Source: Eledone cirrhosa (Eukaryota). Taken from it: a stretch of DNA of 64,000 nucleotides. The position numbers and the translations under genes are program-made. This document shows, piece by piece, positions 42,765 through 57,365 of this stretch (within the stretch, counting starts at the first letter, position 1; each line of letters begins with the position of its first letter). The DNA lies in contig OZ024745.1 of NCBI GenBank assembly GCA_964016885.1, positions 74,090,001 through 74,154,000 of the forward strand, given 5' to 3'. The notes under the pieces were generated by a model, which was given only the letters and a program-made list of their open reading frames with translations, ran no database searches and was not told the DNA's origin.

Positions 42765-43323
42765 AAAGTGTGTGGGAAGAGAGTTCCAAGGGTGTGTAGG
42801 GGAGTGGGGGAGAGACATTTAGAAAAAAGGGGGTGAGAGGAAACGGTACAAATTTAAATAAATATAAACGCATAATAAAAATAAAAATAAACATGAAGTA
42901 AAACAAGTGGTGGAAGGGCGTGGGGCGTGTAGGGGTGGTGGCGGTGGAGTGGGGAGTGGGAGGCGGGGTGTCCGAGCGGGGAGGGCTGAAGGTGGTGTGC
43001 GTGTGTAGGTGTACGTGTGTGTGTGTGTGTGTGTGAATGTGAGAGTTGGGGGAAGAACCGGGTTGCATGTTCAGGAAAAGGTGTGTGTGGGGTGTAGTCG
43101 GTGTGTGTGCGTGTGTGGACGAGGAGGGCTGGGGGAGTGGAGGAGAAGATTCCGGAGGCTGAGTGTGTAAATATGTGGTGGTATGCACGTGTGTGTGGTG
43201 TTTATACGTATTGTGGATGTAGGTAGCGTGTGGGTGAGTTCCTAAGGTAATTCCGTAGAGGATGTGGTGGGATGCCAGGTAATTTCCTTGTGATGGAGTT
43301 TATTCGTGGGAGCGACACACACG

Positions 43324-44021
43324 TCAATAGCACGTGGAAATCGATTAAATATACCGTAAACCATACACAATTAGGTATAAAATTAAAGTTAGAAGAAAAA
43401 ATGCATATACATATACTAGCATTAAGTTTCTACCCTTAGGGTTTCGTTCGCTTTCGGAAATATGCTATCAAGGATAAATTCTCGAGCTTCGAACTCATCA
43501 GGAAACAAACTCACTTGGACAAAGATTTTTCTTAAATGATCCCCGCCAGAAACGAATTCAAAATGGCTAAGAACTAATTTATTAATTCATCATTGAGCCA
43601 CATCGTGAATGGTTGCCAATACATATATATCTGTGACTTTGTCTAGTTTGTGTATATGTACATCTTTATATTTGATAATCTCCCATAAGGTTGAGATGCA
43701 ATTTGGGCAATATTGGGCTGCGCTTTCAGCCCACTCGCCGTAGGCACCAATCACATTCTTTCTGACTTGACCACTGCCACGTCACAGTTCTTAGCCATTT
43801 TGAATTCGTTTCTTGAGGGGATCATTTAAGAAAAATCTTTGTCCAAGTGAGTTTGTTTCGAAGCTCGAGAATTTATCCTTGATAGGATATTTCCGAAAGC
43901 GAACAAAACCCTAAGGGTAGAAACGAAATCCTGGTATGTGTATATGCATTTTTTCTTCTAACTTTAATTTTATACCTAATTGTGTATGGTTGACGATTAA
44001 TCGATTTCCACGTGCTATTGA
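43324..44021. mobile_element. Fold-back element; intact HHR in the left arm, core deleted in the right arm
   Basis: Minus strand 43426-43506: gtttc-CTGATGA-gttcg...cgaac-GAAAC cctaagg GTA-gaaac. Arms ~43324-43575 / 43786-44021. Confidence 0.85.
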
Positions 44022-44336
44022 AATGTTGGGTAAATATTCTACAGCGGTTGACCGCGAATAGATGGCTGTCATTTATTTATCTACTATTTTTCATAGGTGC
44101 CTTTTAATCTTATAGCCTGGTTTAATTGGTTTTTTGTGTGGTTGATTATGCTAATTGGGAGAGGAAATGGTGTATATATATTATCAAATGATTCTATGGG
44201 CATACTTTATAGTATATTGCTCTGATTATTTAATTTATTAATTCATCATTGAGCCACATCGTGAATGGTTGCCAAAACATATATATATCTGTGACTTTGT
44301 CTAGTTTGTGTATATGTAAATCTTTATATATATATA

Positions 44337-44433
44337 TATTTGGAATAGTGTTGGCGCAGTGACTAATAGATTGGAAAGGACTACAAGCCAAATGAAGAAA
44401 ATAAAGAATGAAGACGGACACGACAATTTTCGT
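44337..44433 (+). pseudogene. Inverted ~97-bp copy of part of the host exon (38625-38722)
   Basis: Encodes IWNSVGAVTNRLERTTSQMKKIKNEDGHDNFR versus ...RLERITSQMKKIKNEDGLDNLR in the exon. Confidence 0.9.
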
Positions 44434-46507
44434 GTATGTGTCTGTGCGCACATATTAAACATGTATGTCATGAATGTATATAAATATAAATGTATAAACA
44501 TATATGATTGTTTAAATACATAACATCTGGATATATATATATATATAAAATAAAGACATACACACACAAAAGTGTATGAAATATAAAAATATGATTTCAC
44601 ACACATTTAAAATGATTCCAATTGTTATAAACTTTCTTTATTGCAACATTAGCAGTGTGAAAGAATCGAGTAAGAAGCTTAAGAATATGAATCTTAACTA
44701 TAATAAAGAAAGGAGTACGGGACTGCATCCAGAATATATTTTTTTTATCCCGCTTGTAAAATAAGTTGGATTACTTTGAATAAATAATGAATGCACATTT
44801 CATAATTTATCTACTAAATTTCGTTATTCTTGATTAAATATAAATAATGCTATTACTTATTTTAAGATTCACTTCTTTAAAATTTTCAAATGTAAACACT
44901 TCCTGTTAGCGATTGCTTATAAAAACATCACATATATTTCCGTCATTAATTGTTTTCCTAATGCAGTTTATATATAATATCGTCTTTTTTTTAATGTATC
45001 ATGGATTACAGAAGACAGTGTAATGCAGACCTCGTTCAATTTCTGTATATATTGTCAATTACGATTTCATTTGATGTATCATATCTATATGTATATATAT
45101 TTGCGTATAATATACACACTATACATGCCAGCAGAAAACCACCCGGAGGGTGGTAATTCTGCTAGTAAATATAATGTACTAACATATTTGCACAAGAATC
45201 AACGGTATAATTTATTTACAGAAGGCCATTCACTTGACATGTATCATATATTCTCAGACTGTGTATTCTTTGATATTTACATATAGCGAATATATATATA
45301 TTGGAAGTCGCTAGTTTAGACTAGTTATTGTTCAGCTTAATACTCGATACATGAGAAAGTAGATTGTAGGTATATATACGTCTAGTTATATGTATAGTTT
45401 AGGGTGTTCGCCATTTAAATTGTTCAGCTAAAATATAGATGAGTTTGTGAACCCCCACGGTTGACCTACATAGGAAGCACAAACTGGCATTCAACTACTG
45501 AAAACTGATCTTAACGTTCCCTATTGCAAAGCCTGCAGCGAATTTATTTATTTATTTATTATGCAGTGTTTGACGACGAGTATCGTCAACAATCAATAGT
45601 GGTGTTAGCGGCACGATTGTCGAGGCTGAACGGGCCTATTCTGACTGCATTCGTCCAAGAAAGAGTCCGGGAGATGGTACTTTTAATACATTTGATCGAT
45701 AATATAACCTGGAACTTTCTTTATGTTTTTGCTCCGAATTACCCTAGGTGTTCTCCTCACAATAATTGCGAAATTTTTCTTGTTGACATTTTATTGTTAA
45801 ATCTATTGTTCCTGTTAACTTCGTGCTTTTTAACCCGATGTAAGCCCCATATTGTGGTGTATTTCATACTTGCATTGTTCAAAATATCTTACATTCTTGT
45901 GAGGAATAAAATAAGTGATTATTAGTATTATCAAAATGTTTCTCTAGAATAGTTATGCAACGTATATTCACATGAGCTTGCTATATCAATTAAAATCACA
46001 TTCAGATATTTTCTCTGTGTGCTATTATCTCTGCGAATCTTTTATTCCGATAAATTCACAATTCATATGTAGTCGTATAAAACACCACATGATGTTATAA
46101 AAGAAAGAGGTATTAAAATTATGCCGAATCGAAATATATTTTACAAAATACATGTATCATTATATTTTTCATTTTTGAGAAAATAAATCATTGTTTTTTA
46201 ATATTTAGTTAAAAAAATATATAAGTGATATATATGTATCAGTTATTCAGAAAGAGCTTTATATAATACATACAATTACCTGCTACAATACAATACAGAA
46301 CATATTTATTCTTTCTGCCATGCAGTAGTTATATTCTGGGTTATTCCTCGAAAGCAACAAAAAAACCATCAAAAATTGTTATTCTCAACAAAGAAAGAAT
46401 AGAGTATGAACATTATACCCACTTACAGCACACGTAAATACATGCAGATGCCATTTGAATTTTACTTGTATCCTTCTTGTGGCCAATTTTCTATATTTCT
46501 CTACATA

Positions 46508-47200
46508 AATACCGTTGCGGTGCGGTTGTTGACACGCAGCTCTCAACAACATATTGAGAAGAAGCCTCGACGCAGCTGGCTTTCCATCTCAACTCGAGCT
46601 AGCAGGCCTAGACCGCGGAGATGGCAAGCGCCCCGACGGAATCACCCTCTTCTCATTCGAAGAAGGTAGATCCCTTATCTGAGACGCCACTTGCTGCGAC
46701 ACTTTTTCCGCCTCCAGCTTAGTCGCTTCGGTCACAAACCTCGGCATCGCAGCCCGCATCTCAGAAGAACGTATAATAAACAAATACCGGGGTTTTTCCG
46801 GCCGCTTCCTCTTCGCACTGAACGCCATCGAGGCCTCAGGCGTACATGGACCCGGTACTGCCGAACACCTCCACAAGATCGGAGGGTCAGCGGCCCGTCT
46901 GAAGAAAGTTCCCCGCGAGGTTGAGTGGCTGTTGCAGCGGGTGTCAGTGGCCATCGTCCGAGGAAATGCTTTTGCCGTCTTGTCAGCGGGGCGCAGCACT
47001 TCTGCCCTCTTGCCCTAGGCCCAAAACCCAATCACCTTCCCCCTTCACACACCCTTTCTTCTGCGACACCAGAGCTCTTGCCACCCCTCCTCTTCTAGTT
47101 CTTTTTCCTCTTACTTTCTCTCTTTTTATTCCTATATTTCCCTATTTTTTCTTTCCTTTTGTTTCTCTCTTTTTATTATTATTTCTATATTGAAAATAAA
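46508..47200 (+). mobile_element. CRE-clade non-LTR retrotransposon 3' fragment (restriction-like endonuclease); missed by the ORF track
   Basis: YRCGAVVD, then the frame from 46533: [12 protein letters not shown]...[13 protein letters not shown]...LI*DATCCDT...NKY...IEASGVHG...LLQRVSVAIVRGNAFAVL, stop at 47018. Pyrimidine-rich 3' UTR and AATAAA. Confidence 0.88.
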
Positions 47201-47261
47201 CATTTTAGTTTAGTACTTCAAAAAAATATAAAATGTAAATGGCCTTAGTTAAAAACAATAT

Positions 47262-47384
<123 letters not shown>

Positions 47385-47428
47385 TATATACATATATATA
47401 TATGTGTGTGTGTGTGTGCGTGTATAGA

Positions 47429-47947
47429 AATTTCGTATTTTTAAAGAAATACGGTTTTAGGAAGCCGTAGCTATGCAAACACCGGGGCTAACACCCTCTG
47501 GTGGTATCCAGCAGAAGCAAGAGAGACAACCGTCTATGCATTTCAGGCTTGACTGGCCTTCGTCAGGACGGTCTCTCCCACCGCTTGCTACTGCTGGACT
47601 TGAAAACAGTCGAGAATATATCGTTTTCTCGTCTGTGTAAATGAGGTGATTAATCTCATTTGCATATGAAGCTCATTTACACAGACGAGAAAATGATATA
47701 TTCTCGACTGTTTTCAAGTCCAGCAGTAGCAAGCTGTGGGAGGGACCGTCCTGACGAAGGCCAGTCAAGCCTGAAATGCATAGACGGTTGTCTTCCTTGC
47801 TTCTGCTGGACACCACCAGATGGCGTTAGCCCCGGTGTTTGCATAGATACGGCTTCCTAAAACCGTATTTCTTTAGAAATACGAAATTACATATTGCTAT
47901 ACATATTGCTATACATAAAGCTATGCTTGAAGCAAAATCCTATTTCT

Positions 47948-47950
<3 letters not shown>
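47429..47950. mobile_element. Fold-back element with a canonical HHR on both strands
   Basis: accgtc-CTGACGA(47751)-aggc cagtcaa gcct-GAAA tgc ATA-gacggt; mirror at 47529-47572. Confidence 0.9.
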
Positions 47951-48018
<68 letters not shown>

Positions 48019-48855
48019 AATAAATTAGACAATTATCAAGGTTGTGTTCAAATCATTTAATAGCTGATAATCGTTTCTTCCAAACTCTCATTTGGAGTCA
48101 TCGGAGCATTATCAATGTTTGTACATGTAATTCACCTCCTACTCAACTGAACAATAATATAGATACATATATTTTGATGTTGTGAGCAACAGTTTCGTAT
48201 TTACAGGGTGGAATGGATGCGACATATATTTTACGAGAATTGTACAAAAGTTCAAATTCAAATAAAAAGCACAGAGTGGAATACATGCAACAGATAATAC
48301 AAGTGAATAGTCTAATAATTAAAGAGGCGTTGAGAAAGGAGCTTTGAGAAAGAAAGAGTACATTACCAATACATATGCTGTCGTGTAGAAAGTGCACATG
48401 CGTTAGTCATATATATGAGAAGGAAATAAGCAAAGTTCATATGCATATATAGACAAATAAATACTGTATTTTAAGCAAATATGTAATGTATTAAAATTTA
48501 TGGTGGACGTAGTATGCTGATAGTGTTTGAATTTGTGTGTGTTGAGAAGAACAAAGTTATTGCAGTCTCTTCCATTACATATGTTGAATTATATTGAGTG
48601 TATTAAGTTAGCAATGGAATGTAAATTAGTCTTATTGTATTCTTATTCATGGACTATAGTTGTTCAACAGGTAGAATTTCCAATGGTTAATTTCCGGAAG
48701 TGAATAAGGGGAGCTAATGCGTATTTATTTTCCTGCTCAGTAAAACAACTGATGTTCTTACATTCAGCTATTTCTCTTAATGGTAATAAGGTAGTAGGAA
48801 ATTACTGACCTTTCCTGTTTATAGTTGTTTATACTATATACATAACTATAGATAG

Positions 48856-48930
<75 letters not shown>

Positions 48931-48938
<8 letters not shown>

Positions 48939-49260
48939 AAGAAATTAAAAGATGGCTAAAAAAGTTCCATGTATTTTATTATGCGCATTTCACAAACAAA
49001 TATCATCCAGGGACGATATTTGCGTTCTCAACAGATAAAATAGGGAGACAAGATATGAAGCCTATTTTATCTGATGAGAACGCAAATATCGTCCCTGGAT
49101 GATATTTGTTTTTGAAATGCGCATTATAAAATACATGGAACTTTTTTAACCATCTTTTAATTTCTTCTTATATATACTCCAGTCCAATAAACTGTTGAGT
49201 GCTACTTATCCGATATTTGCATTGCTTTATTGTGCTACAATAAAACTCACCTCCTAGTTA
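48931..49260. mobile_element. Fold-back element of the 27-28-kb family with an HHR
   Basis: tattttat-CTGATGA(49071)-gaacgcaaatatc..gatatttgtttt-GAAA tgcgc ATT-ataaaata. The mirror copy has CTGTTGA. Confidence 0.85.
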
Positions 49261-50469
49261 GTATTTTTTTCACGCTAGTGCACTTGGTCCATTTCAATTC
49301 GAACACATGTATTTATTTGTATTTAACTCTCTTGTATATTCAATTATATATATATATATATTTCTTTTCTGAATTTGTTTAGCAAGATTCTTTATCTGAA
49401 AACGTGTGTTGAAACCGATATTGTTATACTTTGGGAGGGTCATGTTGCCAATAAGAAACACACGCACCAGTTGCTTTCACTTCAATTTATTATAAATTAA
49501 ATTTATAAATTTAGGAATTTATAAATTTCCGGTTAGTTGGTTGGTTCCACAACCAGACAATTGTTCATATATTGTCAAAGTTCTTTCGTCACACATTATG
49601 TGACCTCTTCAGTGACTGGGGATTCTTTTCTTTGTTTTTGTGCCTCTCCTTTGTTCTGTCCTACGCCATAAATTAAATTGAAGTGAAAGCAACTGGTGCG
49701 TGTGTTTCTTATTGGCAACATGACCCTCCCAAAGTATATATATATATATATATATACGAGTCTATTGAACTGAGAAATGTCAAGATCTTTTAGATTACAA
49801 ACTTGCAAGGACATTTCTATCTTAATTTCTTTAATTTTATATTTTAGAATAATATATTGAACGCATGACATTCATGAATAACGATAGCAATATTAATAAA
49901 TAGTTAATTAAATAACGAAGAACTCATTTATTAATCCTCCTTGGTGGTACATTATTTTTCAATAGCTGTATGAGAAAAACAAGTTTTAATATCGATAGCC
50001 GATCGACAAGAGGCCAGACTTCATTCGCTTAACGAATAGGATGAAGCTCATCAAAACGGATCGAGGAAACAATATTTCCATTGGTCTTTCCAATTGCTAA
50101 TATTATCTGTCAGTCGCAACTCCAGGCAGAAGGAGCAACGTGAAATAAATTGTCCTGCATAACGCATTGCCTGGTCTGGTATTCGAGATCATAACCTCAC
50201 GATCGCGAATCCAATTATCTAACCATTCAGCCACGTGCCTTCACTCTTAATGTAAAAAGATTTAATCAGATGCTGTGACCCTGGGTGGACCAGCAGTACC
50301 GTTGGTAGGGGTCGAAACTGCGAAAGTCCATCTCTGGTGTTCTGTCCCTTTCGGTTGTATTTTTATTTTCAAAAAAACATTTTTTAACGTTTCTCCTACA
50401 AAAACTGTTTTCGCTTTGCTTTGTCTTCGTTCGTTTTCTTGTCTTCACTTTGCTTATTTTATTAAGATT

Positions 50470-50539
<70 letters not shown>

Positions 50540-51717
50540 GAGAGAGAGAGAGAGAGGGGGGAGGGAGAGAGAGAGAGAGAGAGAGAGAGGGGGGCAGAGA
50601 GAAACTAGAGCGAACTCAATATTTTATAAGCAGCGTATTTGTGTTGCCCCTATGTGTATCTATTTATTTATCAATCTATCCATCTAAAGTACCTGAGAAT
50701 GTGTATATATATCAGGGGCCGCGTAACTTGGAAGGAGCAGGGTGGAGCATGTAGTAGGGCATGTCCCCCAGAATAATTATATATTTCTCCCAAAATTACC
50801 AAAACACTCATCTATTTGTATATGCGCTACAATTTATGTACGTTATGTAGAGATAGATGGGAGAGATAGATATAGATATAGAGAGGGCGAGAGTTTGGTG
50901 GTAATGAATAGAGTGAGAGGATTGATAGAGAAAAGTATTGGTAGATATAGAGAGGGTTAAGAGTTAGGTAGTGATGGTTAGAGTGAGAAGGAAGGAGAGA
51001 GAGTGTTGTATGGTAAATATAGCGAGGAGTGTAGTTTGGTGGTAATTCATATAGAGAGGGGGGTTGGGAGAGCCTGCTGTATATTAGATATAGAGAAGGG
51101 TAGAGATTGATGTTTATTGATATAGAGAGGGATATTGAAAGAGAGTTCTATGTAGTAGATATACAGAGGGGGAGAGTTTGGTGTTAATTGATATAAAGAT
51201 GGGCATTGGGAGAGTTATTTGTATGTTAGATATAGAGAAGGGGGAAATTTGGTGGTTGTAGATATAGAGAAATCAGAATGGGAGAGTGCCGTGTAGTAGA
51301 CATAGAGAGGGTCCTAAATATATATATAAGAGACGGAATGAGAGAGAGAAAAAATATATAAAGAGAGAGAGCGGGATGGAGAGAAGTAGAGAGATAGCGA
51401 CAGAGATTGATAAACAGATAAATTAATGGATTGATAAAAATACAGAAAATACAGTGAGAACTAAATACTGAATCAACACTGTTTCATTTATGACAGCCAA
51501 TAAAATATATTTTGCACTATTTACTCGTAATTCTTAAACAAATGTATTCGTTTCGATGTCGTTTGATTAAACAATTATGAGTAAGTCTGATGAAGTTGTA
51601 TCAAAACATACAACGAATTTTTAACTATAAATGTACATGTTCTATTTCTCCTGTATTACATTATTGTAATATTAGTAAACAAATGGCAAATTATACATAT
51701 ATACTTATGTAGGTAAG

Positions 51718-51756
<39 letters not shown>

Positions 51757-51885
51757 ATTTAGTTACGTATATATTACCATTAGCACTAACATACCGTGAT
51801 CCACAAGAGAAGAGTATGTGAAAGTATAAACAAAATATTAGAGGTAACTAGCCGAAATTGCCGAGCTCGTGGTCGATCCTCTACT

Positions 51886-52005
<120 letters not shown>

Positions 52006-52046
52006 AAATAAATAAGTCAAGTATTTAAAATTTGGCTTCGTTTATT

Positions 52047-52101
52047 ACTGCTATATATATTTCGGTGACAGCCATCTTTGGCTGTGACCTCTTCAGGCAG
52101 T
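52047..52101 (-). ncRNA. Canonical type I HHR followed by AATAAA
   Basis: actgc-CTGAAGA-ggtcacagcc aaagat ggctgtcacc-GAAA tatat ATA-gcagt-aataaa. Confidence 0.88.
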
Positions 52102-52592
52102 CCGAATTGGTGTGGTAGAGACGGGTACACATGTTGTTGAGGTGTTTAACTCTATACTCCGATATGCCCAGTTCCTGGTCGGGTTGTTATTTCTCTGAGG
52201 AACGTATATAGAAGTCAGGCAGGAAGCCATAACATGAGGGAAATATAATAAAATAGAATACATAATACTTTGAATATTAATGGACCGACCCTTGTGTGTT
52301 ACTAGTACTTTATATAATCGACCCAATAAGGATGAAAGACAAAAATAATCTCGGCAGGATTCGAACGCAGAATTTAACGGGACGTAACTCTAAACAACAA
52401 AACATGTTCTCCGACGTTCTACCGATACTGTCAATCCACTGCGGTGATTGTGAATATTAATAATAACTGAAATTAAACCTCAATTTTGTAAATAGAAATT
52501 TAGATTACAAAACAAAATAATTTTAAGAATGTGTATTTTAGTTTCCTGCAATATTTTTCTAAATTACTTCGTTAACAAATCCTGCTTTCGTC

Positions 52593-52899
52593 TACTCTCG
52601 GGTCTCGAATAATCGCCCCCCCCCCCCCACCTGCTTATTAAATTTCGCTAATCTATCCCCGGCAAAATTTTATTTCAAGTGGTAGTTTTCTTTAGACATA
52701 AAAAACATTATACATGACAAAAAAGGTACATTACAAGAAATCTCATACGTCATAAAATAAATAGGATGGGTTAAGATCTCAATATGTAAACTAAATTACT
52801 AATTCTGGTTTTTAAAAAGAATCAAGGGAGACAATCTAGAAAAATTATCGATCCCAAGTTACCGCTTATTCCAGTGTAGTCCAGTGGGATCCGAGAGTA
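52593..52899. mobile_element. TA-flanked MITE (Tc1/mariner/pogo-like); related reverse copy at ~6685-6925
   Basis: Termini TActctcgggtc / gatccgagagTA. Confidence 0.65.
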
Positions 52900-53772
52900 G
52901 TCGACGTTTACATGTGTCTGCTATTTAAATGTATTAACCTACCGTTGACTTATTTTTGTTCCAGGGATGTAACATCAGAAAATTCACAACTCGCATTGTT
53001 ATATCAAATAGATTAGTAATATAAGTGCGTGAGCCGCTTGTTATGACATTTATTCATAGAGTATGAAACGAAATTTTATTCAAGTATCACCCCATGCATC
53101 TTTGAAGAGTTTATACATTAAATTGATTTACTATTACTTTCAATGAGTAAACTTGATTTTAGATTGGTCTTTACAATGTTTCAATGCTTCAAGACAATTT
53201 AAAAAAAAATATTTTAGATGGTTTTGAAGGCTCGTCTTTTTCAGTATATTTATCACTTATTGTGTCACAGTACGTAATACAATCCTTATTGAGAGACTTT
53301 AAAATTAAATTAATGTTCTTTTTTATATAATGCATTTGACTTTATCACTAATGCCAAATGTATTATTGGGTGTTGCTTTAGAGTTCATTTAGTAAACTAA
53401 ATTTGTTCTCCGCATGAACTGTTTGCCATTCAAAATGGCATTTTAAATACCTTTACTAAATTAGTCTGTACTATCACATAAATATTATAACTTTTTCTTT
53501 GCTTTTCAAAGTCATGTTCGCATTAGTTTCTGATTGTTGAGAACAGACATGAATGCAGGGAATAAACAAAATGTTCTCTGGAAATAATTCCTCTTACAGC
53601 AGAGTAAATAGTAATAAATTCGTAACATTTGCTTCCCTAATCTTTTTTACAAATACATATGAAAGGTTGTTGTTTAATGAATTCGATATTGTACTTAATA
53701 ACAAGACATGCAATATAACATGGGATTTCCTCTTGAATCGAGCAGTAAAACCTCTATGATGTTCGTATACTA

Positions 53773-53893
53773 ATAATTGTTTCTACTTTAGGCACAAGGC
53801 CAGCAATTACCCAGTGTATTACTGGTACTTTATTTTATCGACCCCGTAAGGATGAAAGGCAAAGTTAACCTCGGCGGGATTTGAACTCAGAAT
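53773..53893 (-). mobile_element. 5'-truncated SINE
   Basis: Family match with flanking duplication tcgtatactaataat. Confidence 0.85.
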
Positions 53894-55260
53894 ACTAATA
53901 ACTCGTATACTAATAATGTTCCCGATGTGTAAACATTAATATATTTCGTTGTTTCACTTTCGTTTTACTACATCTATCTAAATACTTTAAGTACACTTGT
54001 TTCAATTCAAAAAAAACCAAGCATCTCTTTCTTAGTGCTCCCTTTAGAATAATCAAATACATTTACAGATGCGAGTAAGACGAGTAAAATTTCTTGATTT
54101 TATATAACTGTTTAATTGATGTGCTTTGATACGGAATATCCACTTTTTAAAGTAGTGTTAATTTCATCGTTCTTGTATTTGTTTTACAAGTTTATTTAAC
54201 CGTGTTGAAACAGATATTGTTATACTTTCGGATTAAAGAAAACATTTCCTAAAAGGTCGGCAATCACATCAACCATATGAAGCTAGTTTAAATATTCTAC
54301 AATTGTAAAAGTAGTTTTAGTTTTAGTTACAACGAACAATGCTATTTTCCGAATGGATTTGTTTAAACATTCATTTTATGACATTATTTTGCTATATTGC
54401 CTATTTAAAATAACTCAATTGTTTAATGTGGTCTTATTACACTGTACTTCTACGTAACGATGGAACATTATATTTATTATGCTTTATTTGATAATATATA
54501 CAACCGAAGCACAGAATTTTGATACAATTTAGTTTATCGTAACTATAACACTATTTAATGTGTATTAATCAATGCGATCATTTGGAAGCCATTGCCTTAA
54601 TATATATATTTGAAAGAGAGGTGGATAGCCAATATTATGCCTTATAATTTCTATAATATCTACTTTCATACTTAACCCCAAACGGGATCTATAAAAAGAA
54701 GTACTAAGATACCTTCTTTGGGTTTTGGTTTTTTGTATAGTCGATTTCAATAATTTATGCCCTTTTACCTCATGAAATCGCTATTATCCTTCTGCCGAAT
54801 AATTTTTAAATAGTTTTCTTTCATATTTTCTTTTAAATATGTACCGGCTTATTTGGATTGGAATGACATTGGAATATTCCTGGTTTAAATTTTTCGCTGC
54901 ATGGAACAGCGAAAAGAGTTTGCACGTATTGGTTTCCGAGAAGACGAAATCAACACAAATTATTTTCAAAATAACTGCCTATTTATTACAAACCCTTTCA
55001 CGTATTTCCATGTAAAATTAGTTTGTATTGCTGCAACTACTTTGGATCCGTTGCACGAAATATGCAACCATTATTCATTTTATCGATTCCACTTTTCAAA
55101 ATGTTCGGACGAAATATTTAGGAATTTAATACTATGGTAAACATTGAGGACCGAATAAATTAACTGATATAAAAGATACAGAAGCGAAAACCAAACAGTG
55201 AGTGTGTTCTGTTAATAATTGTGGCAATATTATTACAACAATATGACCCTCCCCAAGTAT

Positions 55261-55304
<44 letters not shown>

Positions 55305-55308
<4 letters not shown>

Positions 55309-55700
55309 AAATGAAAATCCGAAGGCAAGGTAAAATTCATATCATTTAATCACGACACATGTTTCAATAAGAGATAGATCGATTGTGAAGCCATGATCGA
55401 TTATCACTGATCTCATCAGGTGAAAATGAATTGTCTTCAAATTCTTGATATGAGGGGGAAAAAATAACGATGTTCTCTCACAGAATTCATTCCCTCGTAT
55501 GTGAGAGAACATCGTTATTTTTTCTTCCTCATATCAAGAATTTGAAGACAATTCATTTTCACCTGATGAGATCAGTGATAATCGATCATAGCTTCACAAT
55601 CGATCTATCTCTTATTGAAACATGTGTCGTGATTAAATTATTGGAATTTTACCTTGCCTTCGGATTTTCATTTTGATACTTATACTCCGTTTTACATCAT
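55305..55700. mobile_element. Fold-back element with an HHR on both strands
   Basis: tcac-CTGATGA(55563)-gat...-GAAAC atgt GTC-gtga; mirror at 55350-55423. Confidence 0.87.
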
Positions 55701-55816
55701 CTAGCTGTTCCCTTGAATGGAATTGGAGATATACAAAAGCGTGGAGAACTTAATATTGCTAACATAAAGTTATTGGACCATTTTACACAACCAATAATGC
55801 ACCTTACTATATAACA

Positions 55817-56714
55817 ACTATATATATAAATAATTGTAGTTCCTGTCTGTTTGTTTGTTTGTTTACGAACTCCTATGGCTTTGGAGATAGACCCCCATAA
55901 GCACATATATTCTGAAACTACATTGCCCAGGGTACTTGGATAAGTATATTTCATTTTAATCAAAGTGTTCCCCGGCCCCGGGGGCACAAACCTCTGCTGA
56001 AAACCCCCGCTGAAAATGTTTTCCCTTCGATTTATATGAAATTTAAACCATAGGTAAATGCCTATTCACAACATTTTAGCAAAATTTCAATAATATTAAT
56101 TACTAATGGGAGTTAAACCCCCCTATAGTGAACTACTCCTATGGTTTTGGGGAGACCCCATAACCATATATATACTGAAACTACATTTCCCAGGGTACTT
56201 GAATAAGTATATTTCATTTTAATCAAAGGGTTCCCCGGAGGCACAACCCACGCTGAAAATATTTTCCCTTCGATTTATATGTAATTCAAACCATAGGTAA
56301 ATGACAACATATGATGCCTATTCACAAAATTTTAGCATATTTCAATAATATTAAGACACCCTGATGTGAATTAAACCCCTTATTAGGGTTCTCCAGGGAC
56401 ACAAACCCCCGCTGAAAAATGTTTTCCCTTCGATATTTATGAAATTTAAACCATATGATTCACAAAAGTTTTGAATTGATATTTTGAAAAAAATGATTTA
56501 TAAGAAACAAAATAAGAATAAGATTTAATAATGTAATTTTGATTTAATGTTTTTTGAAATAATGTTTTCCAATTTTTCATGCATTACATTTTACATTGAG
56601 TAATATTGAAATGCAGAGTTTTTTTCTATAAATTATATCACTGATTTAAAACCAATCATCATTTTCTTACAAAGAAATGTGTGAAACGCAGCAAGGCGCG
56701 GGTAATTCGGCTAG
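55817..56714 (+). mobile_element. Non-autonomous Helitron with internal ~265-bp repeats
   Basis: 5' ctatatatataaa followed by (tgtt)n; 3' GC-rich short hairpin gcagcaaggcgcggg and terminal CTAG|T. Confidence 0.7.
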
Positions 56715-57280
56715 TATATATATATATATATACCACCATGACATATATATATATGTACATATGCCATTTACGTTAGGTTGTTTACCAAGAGGTAGAAGCA
56801 GTTGTTCAGGTTGGTAAACGATGATGCAACAAATTAATTAAAACACTCAAGGTTATGCAAATCATCCATCGTAGAAGTGGTATCCAGTGGTTGGTGCAGG
56901 AACGAAGTAAAGTATTCATTAAAACAACAACAGAAAACCTGACTGGAAAATTTACTTTAGAATTTTAATTCCTCGAAGACGTTTAGTCTAGTGTTTTCTC
57001 TACACAAACACCTTATTTTTATTTTTATGTTTATTTTATGTTTATATTTTTTATGAAAAAACAATGTTGTCTCTCACCGACACAAAGCGAGAATGTATTT
57101 GAATACATATAAAAATAAGAAAACTGATCGCTAGAACAGCCGTTAAAACAGCTAAATGCTGTCAAAGACAGTGATGGCCCAAAATGCCTCAGAGGACAGA
57201 GACAATCTACAAGGTGGGTGACAGGCAAATGAAACATGGAAAATACTCTTAATGAAATATTACAAACGTTCAACCATAGT

Positions 57281-57281
<1 letters not shown>

Positions 57282-57311
<30 letters not shown>

Positions 57312-57365
57312 AAGAAGAAGAAGAAGAAGAAGAAGAAGAAGAAGAAGAAGAAGAAGAAGAAGAAT
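57282..57365. repeat. (AAG)n microsatellite
   Basis: Pure trinucleotide run. Confidence 0.98.

Noticed and set aside
46589-47031. Minus-strand and alternate-frame ORFs in the GC-rich block
   Set aside because: Shadows of the CRE endonuclease reading frame.
47655-47665. Octamer motif ATTTGCAT at a hairpin loop
   Set aside because: A single 8-mer in AT-rich DNA with no promoter context is expected by chance.
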